A stretch of 64,000 nucleotides of DNA from Candidatus Oxydemutatoraceae bacterium. Lineage in GTDB: Bacteria; Pseudomonadota; Gammaproteobacteria; Poriferisulfidales; Oxydemutatoraceae. Every line of letters starts with the position of its first letter. Within the stretch, counting starts at the first letter, position 1. Below, piece by piece: positions 50,112 through 60,211 of this stretch. Under the pieces are notes generated by a model, which was not told the DNA's origin, did no database searches, and was given only the letters and a program-made list of their open reading frames with translations. A program made the translations under genes and the position numbers. Where the stretch lies: NCBI GenBank assembly GCA_965212025.1, contig OZ243039.1:946180-1010179 (forward strand). Direction: 5' to 3'.

Positions 50112-51970
50112 ATTGCCAGGCGAACCTCTTTTTTCCTGCCGTAAATCAGGTTGGCAATGGCGCGTGTGCCCATAATGGCAGTGAACATGGAGCACAGAAT
50201 GCCAATGGACAGCGTGACGGCAAAGCCTTTAATCGGGCCGGTGCCAAAAGTGAAAAGCACCACCGCCGCAATCAGGGTGGTCAGGTTCGCGTCTGCAATC
50301 GTTGACAGAGCCTGTCGGTAGCCAGAGTCGATGCTGACTTGTGGTGTATGACCTGCCTTCAGGTGCTCGCGTATGCGCTCAAAAATCAAGACATTGGCAT
50401 CCACGGCCATGCCGATTGTCAAAACGATCCCGACTATGCCCGGCAAGGTCAATGTGGCTCCCGGGATCAGGGACATGATGGCGATGATGAGCACGATGTT
50501 GGCGAGCAAAGCCAGATTTGCCAGCATGCCGAAGGTTCGGTAATAGATCCCCATGAACAGAACGACCAGCAGGAAAGCCATCAAGATGGAACGCTGTCCC
50601 TGATCAATATTGTCCTGCCCCAGACTCGGCCCAACCGTGCGCTCTTCCACGATCTGCATGGGTGCCGCCAGCGCTCCGGAGCGCAACAGCAAAGAGAGTT
50701 TGCGCGCCTCGCGGGTACTGTCCAGTCCGGTAATCTGGAAGCGCTTGCCGAGCTGTTCCTGGATCCGCGCGACGTTGATGACCTCTTCCACGGTTTTTAG
50801 GCGCCGCTTCGTTTCTCCGCTCGCGGTTCTCACTTTTTCGCTTTTGTTTTCAATGAACACGACCGCCATCATCCGCTTGACGTTTTCGCCGGTTACCTTG
50901 CTGAACAACCGTGCTCCCTTTCCGTTCAGGGTGATGTGCACCGCCGGCCGGCCGGTCTCGGAATCTAGGCCGGAGGAGGCTCCTGTGATGTATTCCCCGC
51001 TCAGCATCACGCGGCGTTTGAGCAATATCGGGTCGCCGTTGCGTTCGTAATACAGTTTGGTGTTACGGGGTATCACGTTGGTGTTAGCCGCACGCTGCGA
51101 GTCTTCATTTTCCGCCACCAGACGAAACTCCAGTGTCGCGGTAGCCCCCAGAATGTCTTTCGCCCGAGCCGTGTCCTGCACGCCCGGCAATTGCACGACG
51201 ATCCGGTCGCGCCCTTGGCGGGTCACGGACGGTTCGGCGACCCCCAACTCGTTCACTCGCTTGCGCAAAGTCACGACATTTTGCTGCACCGCGAAATCAG
51301 TCAGTTCCTTAATCGCGGTCTTGCTCAGCCGGAAAACCGCCTTCAACGGGTCCGGATTTTTTTCCACGACTGTCAGCACGGTTGGATTCTCGGTTTTGAC
51401 CAACTCTACAGCCGCGTCCCGTTCCTCCTGGCTGGCAAAAGAAAAAGAGATCGCGTCTGCGCTCACCCCGGTTTTCCGATAGCGCAGCTTCTCCCCGCGA
51501 AACAGCGTACGCAGTTCGTTGTGATATTCCCGTATTGCCTTCTCTCTGGCTGCTTCAACGTCTACTTCCAGCAGAAAGTGGACACCGCCACGCAAGTCCA
51601 GACCCAGGTTCATGGGCGATGCGTTGAGCGAACGCAGCCACCCCGGAGTGGTTGTCGCCAGATTCAACGCCACAATGTAGCCAGGGGGAGCCCAGTCTCT
51701 TAACAGGGCGGAGGCCAGCAGTTGCGTGTCTGCGTTGTGGAAGCGGATCACCACGCCCTGAGGCGTTTCTTCCAGGGACTTCCAGGCGACTTTTTCTTTG
51801 TCGAGCGTTCCCGTGATTTGGTTCACGATGGTGCCCCCGATGGTGCCGTCAACCACGTTGGAAACCTGTATCGCCGGATCTTCGGGATAAATGTTCGGCA
51901 ATGCGTAGACGACTGCAAGCAGCAGCACGGACACAATCAGGCAGTGTTTCCAGGCGGGATAGTGGTTCAT
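50108..51970 (-). CDS. secD: Protein translocase subunit SecD
   Basis: LGLDLRGGVHF, RVNELGVAEP, VQLPGVQD, VGPSLG and GMAVDANVLIFERIRE. Confidence 0.98.
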   Translation of the reverse strand: MNHYPAWKHCLIVSVLLLAVVYALPNIYPEDPAIQVSNVVDGTIGGTIVNQITGTLDKEKVAWKSLEETPQGVVIRFHNADTQLLASALLRDWAPPGYIVALNLATTTPGWLRSLNASPMNLGLDLRGGVHFLLEVDVEAAREKAIREYHNELRTLFRGEKLRYRKTGVSADAISFSFASQEERDAAVELVKTENPTVLTVVEKNPDPLKAVFRLSKTAIKELTDFAVQQNVVTLRKRVNELGVAEPSVTRQGRDRIVVQLPGVQDTARAKDILGATATLEFRLVAENEDSQRAANTNVIPRNTKLYYERNGDPILLKRRVMLSGEYITGASSGLDSETGRPAVHITLNGKGARLFSKVTGENVKRMMAVVFIENKSEKVRTASGETKRRLKTVEEVINVARIQEQLGKRFQITGLDSTREARKLSLLLRSGALAAPMQIVEERTVGPSLGQDNIDQGQRSILMAFLLVVLFMGIYYRTFGMLANLALLANIVLIIAIMSLIPGATLTLPGIVGIVLTIGMAVDANVLIFERIREHLKAGHTPQVSIDSGYRQALSTIADANLTTLIAAVVLFTFGTGPIKGFAVTLSIGILCSMFTAIMGTRAIANLIYGRKKEVRLAI

Positions 51971-51976
51971 GGGTGT

Positions 51977-52306
51977 TTAGTCTTTCAGCGTCCCTTTTGG
52001 CATCAGTTGCGACACGGCCTGCTTTTGCACTTTCACGATTACATTGTTTGCCAGCTCAAGCTTCAGGAAAGTCTCGCCAACTTCTGTCACGCGACCCAGC
52101 AAGCCACCACTGGTGACGACTTCATCATTACGCGACAGGGAAGAAATCATCTGCTTTTGTTCCTTGCTGCGCTTGCTTTGGGGGCGGATCACCAGCAAGT
52201 AAAGGATGAGAAAAAATCCGCCCAACAAAAGCAGGGTTTCCATGCCACCGCCCGTTGCCTCAGGGTTGGGTGTTTGCGCCACGGCGTTTTCAATAAAAAT
52301 TGCCAT
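51977..52306 (-). CDS. yajC: Preprotein translocase subunit YajC
   Basis: YLLVIRPQSKR, DEVVTSGGLLG and PKGTLK; it precedes secD. Confidence 0.95.
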   Translation of the reverse strand: MAIFIENAVAQTPNPEATGGGMETLLLLGGFFLILYLLVIRPQSKRSKEQKQMISSLSRNDEVVTSGGLLGRVTEVGETFLKLELANNVIVKVQKQAVSQLMPKGTLKD

Positions 52307-52570
52307 CAGTTTCTTACCTCTTATGTGTGAATATTCCGGGGTTTCCGTGTGTCTTATACCGCCTCCAGGTCTTTACCTTAAGCGGTGGCCAAGCCAGCCA
52401 TTTGGGACGAATGATTATGGCACAAATCAGGCATTGCCAAACGCGGTTTAGCAGCAGGCGAAACGAAGCCAAGCCACGTTTAAAGAGCCTGTGGCTTCCT
52501 TAGCCGTGTTCCGCCGCCCGCGTCTTGAGGGGCAGGTACCCGTGCAGATATCAGGACGGCATTATTGCCA

Positions 52571-53884
52571 TCAAGGCACCACCTGTTGTTCATTGGAAGT
52601 TTTTTCCTCCAAAGCCGGGGTCACTTCCAGCGCGTCATCTGTTTCTGTTTCTGGCAAAGACTTTTTCCCGCGCACGCCCAGCTTCTCCAGTTTTTTTGCC
52701 CGGCTCACCAGACTGCCACGCCCTGTCACCAGTCTGTTCATGACGGTTTCATGACTTTTGAGGCTTCGTTCCAGGTGTTTCCCCAGATCTTCTGTTGACT
52801 CCAGGACACCATTGACCTTGTCACAGAAAGACGCGGCCTGTCGCGTAATTTCCTGGGTATTTTCCTGTTGCCTGTGGGTGCGCCAGAGGTTTTCAATGAT
52901 GCGCAGAGTCGGCATCAAGGTATTCAGTGTCACCAGTCCAACTCGCATTTTCAGGGAATTATCGTATAGGGAAGGGTCTTCGTTCAGTGCCGCTGCCAGC
53001 GCGTTTTCCAGGGGAATAAACATGAGGACGAAATCCAGCGAGTGGACTTGCGGCAGATCCTGGTAGTTTTTCGCGGCCAAGTCTTTGACGTGTTTGCGCA
53101 TGGCTGCCGAGTGCGCTTTCAGACACCGGGCTTTGTCGGCCTCGTCTTTTGCTTCTTCCGCGTTCAGGTAGTCGACAATGTTCAGCTTTGAATCAATGAT
53201 GACCTGGCGGTTCGCCGGCAATTCGATCACCACATCCGGGCGCAGGAGACTGCCGTCCTCGTCGTGATAGCTTTTTTGCGTGTGATAATTTATGCCCTCC
53301 TTCAGTCCTGCGGCTTCCAGGACGCGTCCGAGCTGCACTTCTCCCCAACTGCCTCGAACCTGAGGGGAACGGCGCAAGGCGCTTGTGAGATCCTGCGCTT
53401 CATGAGCCAGGGATTCGCTCATTTTCTGTACGTTTTTCAAACCCTCCGCCAGAGTCGTGCGTTCCCGGATGGTTTCCAGCCCTTGCCTTTCCAGTTGTTC
53501 GCGAAACTGCTGGAATGCTTCATTCAACGGCTTTACGGTGGCATTGAGTTCTGTTTTTCCACGCTCAGCGTAACGGCCGTCAAGCGCTTTCATGCTTTTC
53601 AGGGCCGCCTGTTCCAGCCGAGCGTCCAGCGACTGTTCGAGCTCCTTATAAACCTCCATGCTGCTTTCCAGCCGCGCACACTCTTCGCGCTGCGACTGAT
53701 GCGCTGCACGCGCTTTTTCGAGTTCCGACTGCTCATGGCGAAGCTGTGACTCCTGTTTCTGGCACAAGGCTTCCGCCAGCTCGCGCCTTTGTTTTTCCAT
53801 CTTGCGCCTGTGCATGGACAAGACCGTCCCGACCGCGCCGCCGACAGCGAGCCCAAAGAGTAAGTAAATCCATTCCATTGTCAT
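52571..53884 (-). CDS. rmuC: DNA recombination protein RmuC
   Basis: N-terminal TM helix and coiled coil, then RGSWGEVQL..VLEAAGL, RPDVVIELP, IIDSK and DFVLMFIP. Confidence 0.93.
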   Translation of the reverse strand: MTMEWIYLLFGLAVGGAVGTVLSMHRRKMEKQRRELAEALCQKQESQLRHEQSELEKARAAHQSQREECARLESSMEVYKELEQSLDARLEQAALKSMKALDGRYAERGKTELNATVKPLNEAFQQFREQLERQGLETIRERTTLAEGLKNVQKMSESLAHEAQDLTSALRRSPQVRGSWGEVQLGRVLEAAGLKEGINYHTQKSYHDEDGSLLRPDVVIELPANRQVIIDSKLNIVDYLNAEEAKDEADKARCLKAHSAAMRKHVKDLAAKNYQDLPQVHSLDFVLMFIPLENALAAALNEDPSLYDNSLKMRVGLVTLNTLMPTLRIIENLWRTHRQQENTQEITRQAASFCDKVNGVLESTEDLGKHLERSLKSHETVMNRLVTGRGSLVSRAKKLEKLGVRGKKSLPETETDDALEVTPALEEKTSNEQQVVP

Positions 53885-54061
53885 GTCTCCAAAAAATAAG
53901 ATATCGGCCATTTTGCACTTTATGCCGGCTTTGGTTGCCAAACAGCAGACAGGCAGAGATTCTGTTGCAGTACTTTCTGTGATGGCCACGGTTTTGTGCC
54001 CCTGCCAGTGCTCTTCGCGGCGACCGTATTTTCAGGATTGTGGCCGCAGTCTGCCTGACCA

Positions 54062-54221
54062 TTCGCCTGCGCCACGCCGTGTCAGGCGGCCACGCCAACA
54101 GTCAGCGTATCTTATCGGCAGGAGCGGACTGTTCGCCGCTTGTTCGCCTGCGCCACGCCGTGTCAGGCGGCCACGCCACCGGTCAGTGCTTATCAGGCAG
54201 GAGCGGACTGTTCGCCGCTTG
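54062..54221. repeat. ~80-bp tandem duplication spanning the queG stop codon
   Basis: ttcgcctgcgccacgccgtgtcaggcggccacgcca...ggcaggagcggactgttcgccgcttg occurs at 54062 and 54143. Confidence 0.9.
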
Positions 54222-55263
54222 TTTGCCTGTTCTGCCTGAGCAGTGCCCAGCGGACGTGTTCACGTACCAGAGCCGAGGGATGGTTCACCCTGCTGCGTAA
54301 AGCCTGAGCCACCTTTTCGTCTCGTGGTGCGTTGCCAAGTCCGACGGCAAGATTTCGAAGCCAACGTTCGTAGCCAAGCCGGCTTAAGGCACTTCCTCGG
54401 GTTCGGATGGAAAAGTTTTTTTCATCCCAGTCCCAGAGGGAAAGCAAGGTGGCAACATCCAGTCCGTTGCGCACGTGGAAAGCGGTTTCTGCGCTGTTTT
54501 TCGCGAAACGGTTCCAGGGGCAGATGGTCTGGCAGTCGTCGCAGCCGAAAACGCGGTTGCCGATCAGCGGTCTCAGCGCTTCCGGAATACTCCCCTTGTG
54601 TTCGATCGTGAGGTAGGCGATGCAGCGATTTGCGTCCAACTGGTAGGGAGCAATGATGGCTCGTGTTGGACACACGTCCAGGCAGCTCCGGCAGGTACCA
54701 CAGTGATTTTTTGCGGGACGGGAAACGGGGAGCGGCAGATTGGTATAGAGCTCGCCGAGAAAGAACCACGAGCCTTCTCGGCGATTGATCACCACGGTGT
54801 TTTTCCCAATCCAGCCCAATCCCGCCTGTTCGGCGATGGCTTTTTCCATGACCGGGGCGCTGTCGCAAAAAGCTCGGTACTGAAAGCTTCCGGCGGCCTG
54901 AGTGATTTTTTCGGCGAGCTTCTGCAGGCGTTTGCGAATCAGCTTGTGGTAATCACCGCCGAGTGCGTAGCGCGCGATCCGGGCTTGGCCGGAAGCGTCA
55001 TCGTCGAGCCCATAACCGGCAACCTCCGGCGGTAAATAATTCATACGGACTGAAATGATGGTCAGAGTTCCCGGGATCAGTTGTGCTGGCCGCGTACGCT
55101 TGCTGCCGTGTTTCTCCATGAAGTCCATGTCTCCATGCATACCCTCGCGCAACCAGTTCAACAGACGGCTTTCGTGTCCGCCAATGTCGGTGTGGCTGAT
55201 GCCGGTCTGTTGAAAGCCCAGATCGGTTGCCCAACGCTTGATGCGTCTCGCCAGGCTGTGCAT
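54193..55263 (-). CDS. queG: tRNA epoxyqueuosine reductase
   Basis: IARYALGGDYH, DSAPVMEK, GLGWIGKN, CGTCRSCLDVCPT, RCIAYLTIE and FGCDDCQTICPWN. Confidence 0.96.
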   Translation of the reverse strand: MHSLARRIKRWATDLGFQQTGISHTDIGGHESRLLNWLREGMHGDMDFMEKHGSKRTRPAQLIPGTLTIISVRMNYLPPEVAGYGLDDDASGQARIARYALGGDYHKLIRKRLQKLAEKITQAAGSFQYRAFCDSAPVMEKAIAEQAGLGWIGKNTVVINRREGSWFFLGELYTNLPLPVSRPAKNHCGTCRSCLDVCPTRAIIAPYQLDANRCIAYLTIEHKGSIPEALRPLIGNRVFGCDDCQTICPWNRFAKNSAETAFHVRNGLDVATLLSLWDWDEKNFSIRTRGSALSRLGYERWLRNLAVGLGNAPRDEKVAQALRSRVNHPSALVREHVRWALLRQNRQTSGEQSAPA

Positions 55264-55505
55264 TTTTGTTGCCTCAGGCAGGGTGTCGGCTGGTGCGCTG
55301 CTTTGGGTGCCGTGGGGTTTCAGGGTGCGAATAGTGTGTGTCAAAGTGGAAGCGGGAAATGGTTTTTGCCGTGGTACTTGCCGCGGTACTTACGTTGGAG
55401 AATTTTACAGATTTCTGATCTGTAGCAGCATCCGGGATGTTCTGTCCCCAGCCAAAACCATGGTGTCTGATTTGACCACCTTGGCAGGGGCGTTATTATG
55501 ACCTC

Positions 55506-56978
55506 ATGCTTCCCCTGTACACCTCGCAGCAAAGCAAAGTGCTTGACAAAATCATCATGGATACCGGCTTGGTCGGTGGTGTCGAATTGATGGGACGTGC
55601 CGCTCGTGCGTGTTTTGACGAGATCGTGAGACGTTGGCCTGAAGCCAGAAAAATCACGATTTTCGCAGGTCCGGGCAACAACGGAGGAGATGGATACTTG
55701 CTGGGGGCTTTGTTGCTGAGGGAAAACAAATACGAGCCAAAGCTGGTGCCATGCACGGCAAAGAAGCCTTTGTCAGGTGATGCTTCTGTGGCGCGGGAGC
55801 GATTTTTGGCAGAGGGAGGAACGGAGCTGCCTGCGGGAGCCATGCCGCACGCAGACGTGTTGGTAGACGCAATGTTCGGCACGGGTCTGAAGCGGTCTCT
55901 GGACGCTGATACATTATCGATAGTGAGCCATATCAATGGTGCGCAAGCTCGCGTACTGGCCGTGGACGTGCCAAGCGGGCTGGACGCAGATACCGGTGCC
56001 ATGATGCCGCTGGCTGTGCGAGCAGATGCCACCGTCACCTTCATTAGCCGCAAACAGGGGCTGTACACCGCGCAAGGGCGAGACTGCTGCGGAGAAATCG
56101 TTTTCGCTCCGCTCGGAGAGTGGCAGGAGGTGCTTGCCGAGGAGGTTCCGGCGGCGCAACTGTTTTCCTACCGTGATGTCTGTGGGCATCTGCGGCCTCG
56201 CCGCCGGGATGCTCACAAAGGCAATCTGGGTCACGTTCTGGTCATAGGCGGAAATTACGGTATGGCGGGGGCGGCACGGCTTTGTGCTGAGGCGGCACTG
56301 CGCAGCGGTGCCGGATTGGTGAGCGTTGCCACGCGTCCTGGGCATGCGGCCATGATTGCCGCCAATTGTCCGCCCCTGATGGTGCACGGAGTATCCGGCA
56401 AGAAAGAGGCGTTGCGGTTGGCAGAGCGTGCCGACGTCTTGGCTGTGGGGCCCGGGCTGGGTCAAGACGATTGGGCAATGGAGATGATGTCTGTGGCGCT
56501 GGACGCGAGACAATGGCGAGTGATGGATGCCGACGCTCTGAATTTGTTGGCCGCCGAGCCACAGCATTCGCAGTGTTGGGTGTTGACGCCGCACCCTGGC
56601 GAGGCCGGACGGATGTTGGGAATTTCAGGATCCGAAGTACAACAGGATCGTTTTGTGGCGCTGGCACGGTTGCGCGAACGCTATGGCGGGGTATGTATCC
56701 TCAAAGGCTCCGGAACGCTGATTGCCGCAAATGACATGCCTTGTCCTGCCGTGGTTCTTCCTGGCAATCCCGGCATGGCGACTGCGGGTGCCGGCGATGT
56801 CTTGACTGGTGTGGTGGCGGGGTTGCTTGCCCAAGGCTTGAAGCCAGAGGTGGCGGCACAAACGGCGGTATGTGTGCACGCCCAGGCCGGTGATGATGCC
56901 GCGCAGGACGGCGAGCGCGGCATGTTGGCGACTGACATTCTGGCCGCTTTGCGCAGACGTCTGAACTGTTTGCCATGA
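55506..56978 (+). CDS. nnr: Bifunctional NAD(P)H-hydrate epimerase/dehydratase
   Basis: GPGNNGGDG, DAMFGTGL, DVPSGL, HKG, GPGLG, DADALN, TPHPGEA and GNPGMATAGAGDVLTG. Confidence 0.96.
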   Translation: MLPLYTSQQSKVLDKIIMDTGLVGGVELMGRAARACFDEIVRRWPEARKITIFAGPGNNGGDGYLLGALLLRENKYEPKLVPCTAKKPLSGDASVARERFLAEGGTELPAGAMPHADVLVDAMFGTGLKRSLDADTLSIVSHINGAQARVLAVDVPSGLDADTGAMMPLAVRADATVTFISRKQGLYTAQGRDCCGEIVFAPLGEWQEVLAEEVPAAQLFSYRDVCGHLRPRRRDAHKGNLGHVLVIGGNYGMAGAARLCAEAALRSGAGLVSVATRPGHAAMIAANCPPLMVHGVSGKKEALRLAERADVLAVGPGLGQDDWAMEMMSVALDARQWRVMDADALNLLAAEPQHSQCWVLTPHPGEAGRMLGISGSEVQQDRFVALARLRERYGGVCILKGSGTLIAANDMPCPAVVLPGNPGMATAGAGDVLTGVVAGLLAQGLKPEVAAQTAVCVHAQAGDDAAQDGERGMLATDILAALRRRLNCLP

Positions 56979-58228
56979 CTGTGCATGAAACGGGTGAAGG
57001 GCAGCTGTCTGTTGAAACACTCGAGAGCGAGGAAACCGAAGCTTTGGCTGGCACTCTTGCCGCTTTGGGCAGACGTCTGAACTGTTTGCCATGACTGTGC
57101 ATGAAACGGGTGAAGGGCAGCTGTCTGTTGAAACACGCGAGAGCGAGGAAACCGAAGCTTTGGCTGGCACTCTTGCCGCTTTGCGCGGACGTCTGAACTG
57201 TTTGCCATGACTGTGCATGGAACGGGTGAAGGGCAGCTGTCTGTTGAAACACGCGAGAGCGAAGAAACCGAAGCTTTGGCTGGCACTCTTGCCGCTTGGG
57301 CGGACGTCTGAACTGTTTGCCATGACTGTGCATGAAACGGGTGAAGGGCAGCTGTCTGTTGAAACACGCGAGAGCGAGGAAACCGAAGCTTTGGCTGGCA
57401 CTCTTGCCGCTTGGGCGGACGTCTGAACTGTTTGCCATGACTGTGCATGGAACGGGTGAAGGGCAGCTGTCTGTTGAAACACGCGAGAGCGAGGAAACCG
57501 AAGCTTTGGCTGGCACTCTTGCCGCTTGGGCAGACGTCTGAACTGCTTGCCATGACTGTGCATGGAACGGGTGAAGGGCAGCTGTCTGTTGAAACACGCG
57601 AGAGCGAGGAAACCGAAGCTTTGGCTGGCACTCTTGCCGCTTGGGCGGACGTCTGAACTGTTTGCCATGACTGTGCATGGAAACGGGTGAAGGGCAGCTG
57701 TCTGTTGAAACACGCGAGAGCGAGGAAACCGAAGCTTTGGCTGGCACTCTTACCGCTTTGCGCGGACGTCTGAACTGCTTGCCATGACTGTGCATGAAAC
57801 GGGTGAAGGGCAGCTGTCTGTTGAAACACGCGAGAGCGAGGAAACCGAAGCTTTGGCTGGCACTCTTGCCGCCTGGGCGGACGTCTGAACTGCTTGCCAT
57901 GACTGTGCATGGAACGGGTGAGGGGCAGCTGTCTGTTGAAACACGCGAGAGCGAGGAAACCGAAGCTTTGGCTGGCACTCTTGCCGCCTGGGCGGACGTC
58001 TGAACTGCTTGCCATGACTGTGCATGGAACGGGTGAGGGGCAGCTGTCTGTTGAAACACGCGAGAGCGAGGAAACCGAAGCTTTGGCTGGCACTCTTGCC
58101 GCTTGGGCGGACGTCTGAACTGCTTGCCATGACTGTGCATGGAACGGGTGAGGGGCAGCTGTCTGTTGAAACACGCGAGAGCGAGGAAACCGAAGCTTTG
58201 GCTGGCACTCTTGCCGCTTGGGCAGACG
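56938..58228 (+). repeat. Tandem array of 115-117-bp units containing the nnr end / tsaE start (11 ATG copies)
   Basis: atgactgtgcat occurs at 56975, 57091, 57207, 57322, 57437, 57552, 57667, 57784, 57899, 58014 and 58129. Confidence 0.95.
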
Positions 58229-58671
58229 GCGCCGAAAGTATATGGTTGCTTGGCGAAATCGGTAGCGGCAAAACGACTTTCAGCCGCGGCTTCATTCACG
58301 CCTTGGGTTATTCGGGAAACGTGAAAAGCCCCACCTACACGCTCATTGAGTGCTATCCGGAATGCCGGCCGCAGATCACTCATTTTGACTGTTATCGCTT
58401 GGGCAATGCCCGTGAATTTACAATGCTGGGCGCGAACACGTATTTTGATAACAGCCTCTGCCTGATCGAATGGCCCGAACAGGTTGCTGCCGTGTTGCCG
58501 CCCCCTTCGCTGAAGATTTTCTTCACGCACCTGAAAGTAGGCAGGCAATTGCGGCTGGAGCCACAAAACGGCCACTGGCAGGAATGCCTTGCCCAACTGG
58601 CCGCTGAAAGGGCTCAAGCCCATTGCGCACTTCGTGGTCACCACCCGCCGGTCACGCCTCGCCTGATATAA
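58129..58671 (+). CDS. tsaE: tRNA threonylcarbamoyladenosine biosynthesis ATPase TsaE
   Basis: LGEIGSGKTTFSRG, VKSPTYTLIECY, HFDCYRL and LIEWPE, in the conserved nnr-tsaE-amiB order. Confidence 0.93.
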   Translation: MTVHGTGEGQLSVETRESEETEALAGTLAAWADGAESIWLLGEIGSGKTTFSRGFIHALGYSGNVKSPTYTLIECYPECRPQITHFDCYRLGNAREFTMLGANTYFDNSLCLIEWPEQVAAVLPPPSLKIFFTHLKVGRQLRLEPQNGHWQECLAQLAAERAQAHCALRGHHPPVTPRLI

Positions 58672-58727
58672 AAGCGAGTTTGGCCACGTTTTCTCTCGCA
58701 CATCAGCGTAAGCAGTGGTGCAAGCTG

Positions 58728-60002
58728 ATGCTGTGCCTGCTCGCGCTTTATGGCTCCGGGCAGGTACAGGCACAGGCGCTTATTGAAAAAATACAGGTGC
58801 GCGATCTGCCCGACATGAGCGAGATCACGATTGCCTTGAACGCCCCTTTCCGCTATCGCTTCTTTACGCTGGACTCTCCGCACAGACTGGTTGTCGACCT
58901 GTTTGACAGTGCACCGAAAGATCCGCGCAGGCTGGTGTCAGCACACGGCAACCAACGAGTCAAAAATGTGCGCCATGCCCGGAGAGGAGAAAATAATTAC
59001 CGCTTGGTGTTCGATTTGCCTAAGCCGGTCAGCTTTGAAAAACACGTCCGAAGCGAACGGTCGACTCACTTCCTGGTCATTACGGTTAAAAGCCGGAAGG
59101 CAAAGCAGAAACAGGTCGCGAAACCACGCTTACGCTCCGTGGTCGTGGTCATTGACCCGGGCCACGGTGGAAAAGACCCGGGAGCCGTGGGGATCGCCAA
59201 CACCAAAGAGAAAAACGTGGTTTTGGGAGTCGCGAAAGCCCTGTACGCGATGCTGCTGAAAGATTTCGGGATACGACCCGTTTTAACGCGTAGCCGTGAT
59301 GTTTACGTGCCCTTGCGAAAGCGCCTGCAACATTTGCGGAAGAATCGGGCGGATGCCATGTTCTCCTTGCACGCAGACGCGGTACCACAACGTTACGTGG
59401 AAGGAGTTTCGGTTTATACGCTCTCAGCCAAAGGGGCAAGCAGTGAGGCGGCACGCCTGCTTGCAAAACGCGAAAACATTTACGGACAGGATGAAGATGT
59501 GAGCCTCGCCGAAATCGACAAAGAGGTGTCCAGCATCATCATTAACATGTCACAAGCTTCGATAAAGACGCACAGCCTCAAACTGGCTAAAAAGCTACTG
59601 GCAGCGTTGCGCAAAACAGTTCCGCTACGCACCAGCAAAATACAGCATGGCAACTTTGCCGTGCTGAAAGCGCCCGATTCTCCTTCGGTTCTGGTAGAGC
59701 TTGGATATATATCAAACCCGACAGAGGAGGCATCGCTGAAGTCCAAATCCCATCAGCGTCGGCTCGCCAGTGCCTTGCGCGCCGGTCTGCTTGCCTATTT
59801 TGACGAGAATGCCGGGCGCGACACCCTGCTCGGAAATCTTCGCCTGCAGGAATACGTGGTTCGCAGAAACGACACACTTTCCGACATCGCCTTGCGTATG
59901 GGCTCTACCGTTGAAATGATCAAGACGGCATCAAGGCTGCAGTCACAAAAAATTGGCCTCGGCCAGAAACTGCTAGTCCCCGTTCCCAAAACCGCACAGT
60001 AA
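58728..60002 (+). CDS. amiB: N-acetylmuramoyl-L-alanine amidase (AMIN + Amidase_3 + LysM); start approximate
   Basis: PHRLVVDL, IDPGHGGKDPGA, LTRSRD, SLHAD, FAVLKAPDSPSVLVELGYISN and LysM YVVRRNDTLSDIA. Confidence 0.9.
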   Translation: MLCLLALYGSGQVQAQALIEKIQVRDLPDMSEITIALNAPFRYRFFTLDSPHRLVVDLFDSAPKDPRRLVSAHGNQRVKNVRHARRGENNYRLVFDLPKPVSFEKHVRSERSTHFLVITVKSRKAKQKQVAKPRLRSVVVVIDPGHGGKDPGAVGIANTKEKNVVLGVAKALYAMLLKDFGIRPVLTRSRDVYVPLRKRLQHLRKNRADAMFSLHADAVPQRYVEGVSVYTLSAKGASSEAARLLAKRENIYGQDEDVSLAEIDKEVSSIIINMSQASIKTHSLKLAKKLLAALRKTVPLRTSKIQHGNFAVLKAPDSPSVLVELGYISNPTEEASLKSKSHQRRLASALRAGLLAYFDENAGRDTLLGNLRLQEYVVRRNDTLSDIALRMGSTVEMIKTASRLQSQKIGLGQKLLVPVPKTAQ

Positions 60003-60211
60003 TCCGGAACAGGCAGCACCGTTTATCGCTCAACTGACTCAAGACAGTTTTCCAGTAACACGCAGCACGAAGCCTGCCAGCTGAAGGGAGCGCCCCTCAG
60101 CAGTCTTTCCCAAAGGTGAGACCCAAGGTGCCCCGAGCAGATACACGGCACACACAACTCGCTTATAGTTTAGTTAACAAGTGACTCACCACAAAAGCAT
60201 TGAGGGGGACG

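Noticed and set aside
56625-58773. Long minus-strand ORFs (362, 497 and 690 aa)
   Set aside because: They are shadows of the 115-bp array, which lacks stops on that strand, and they overlap nnr and tsaE.
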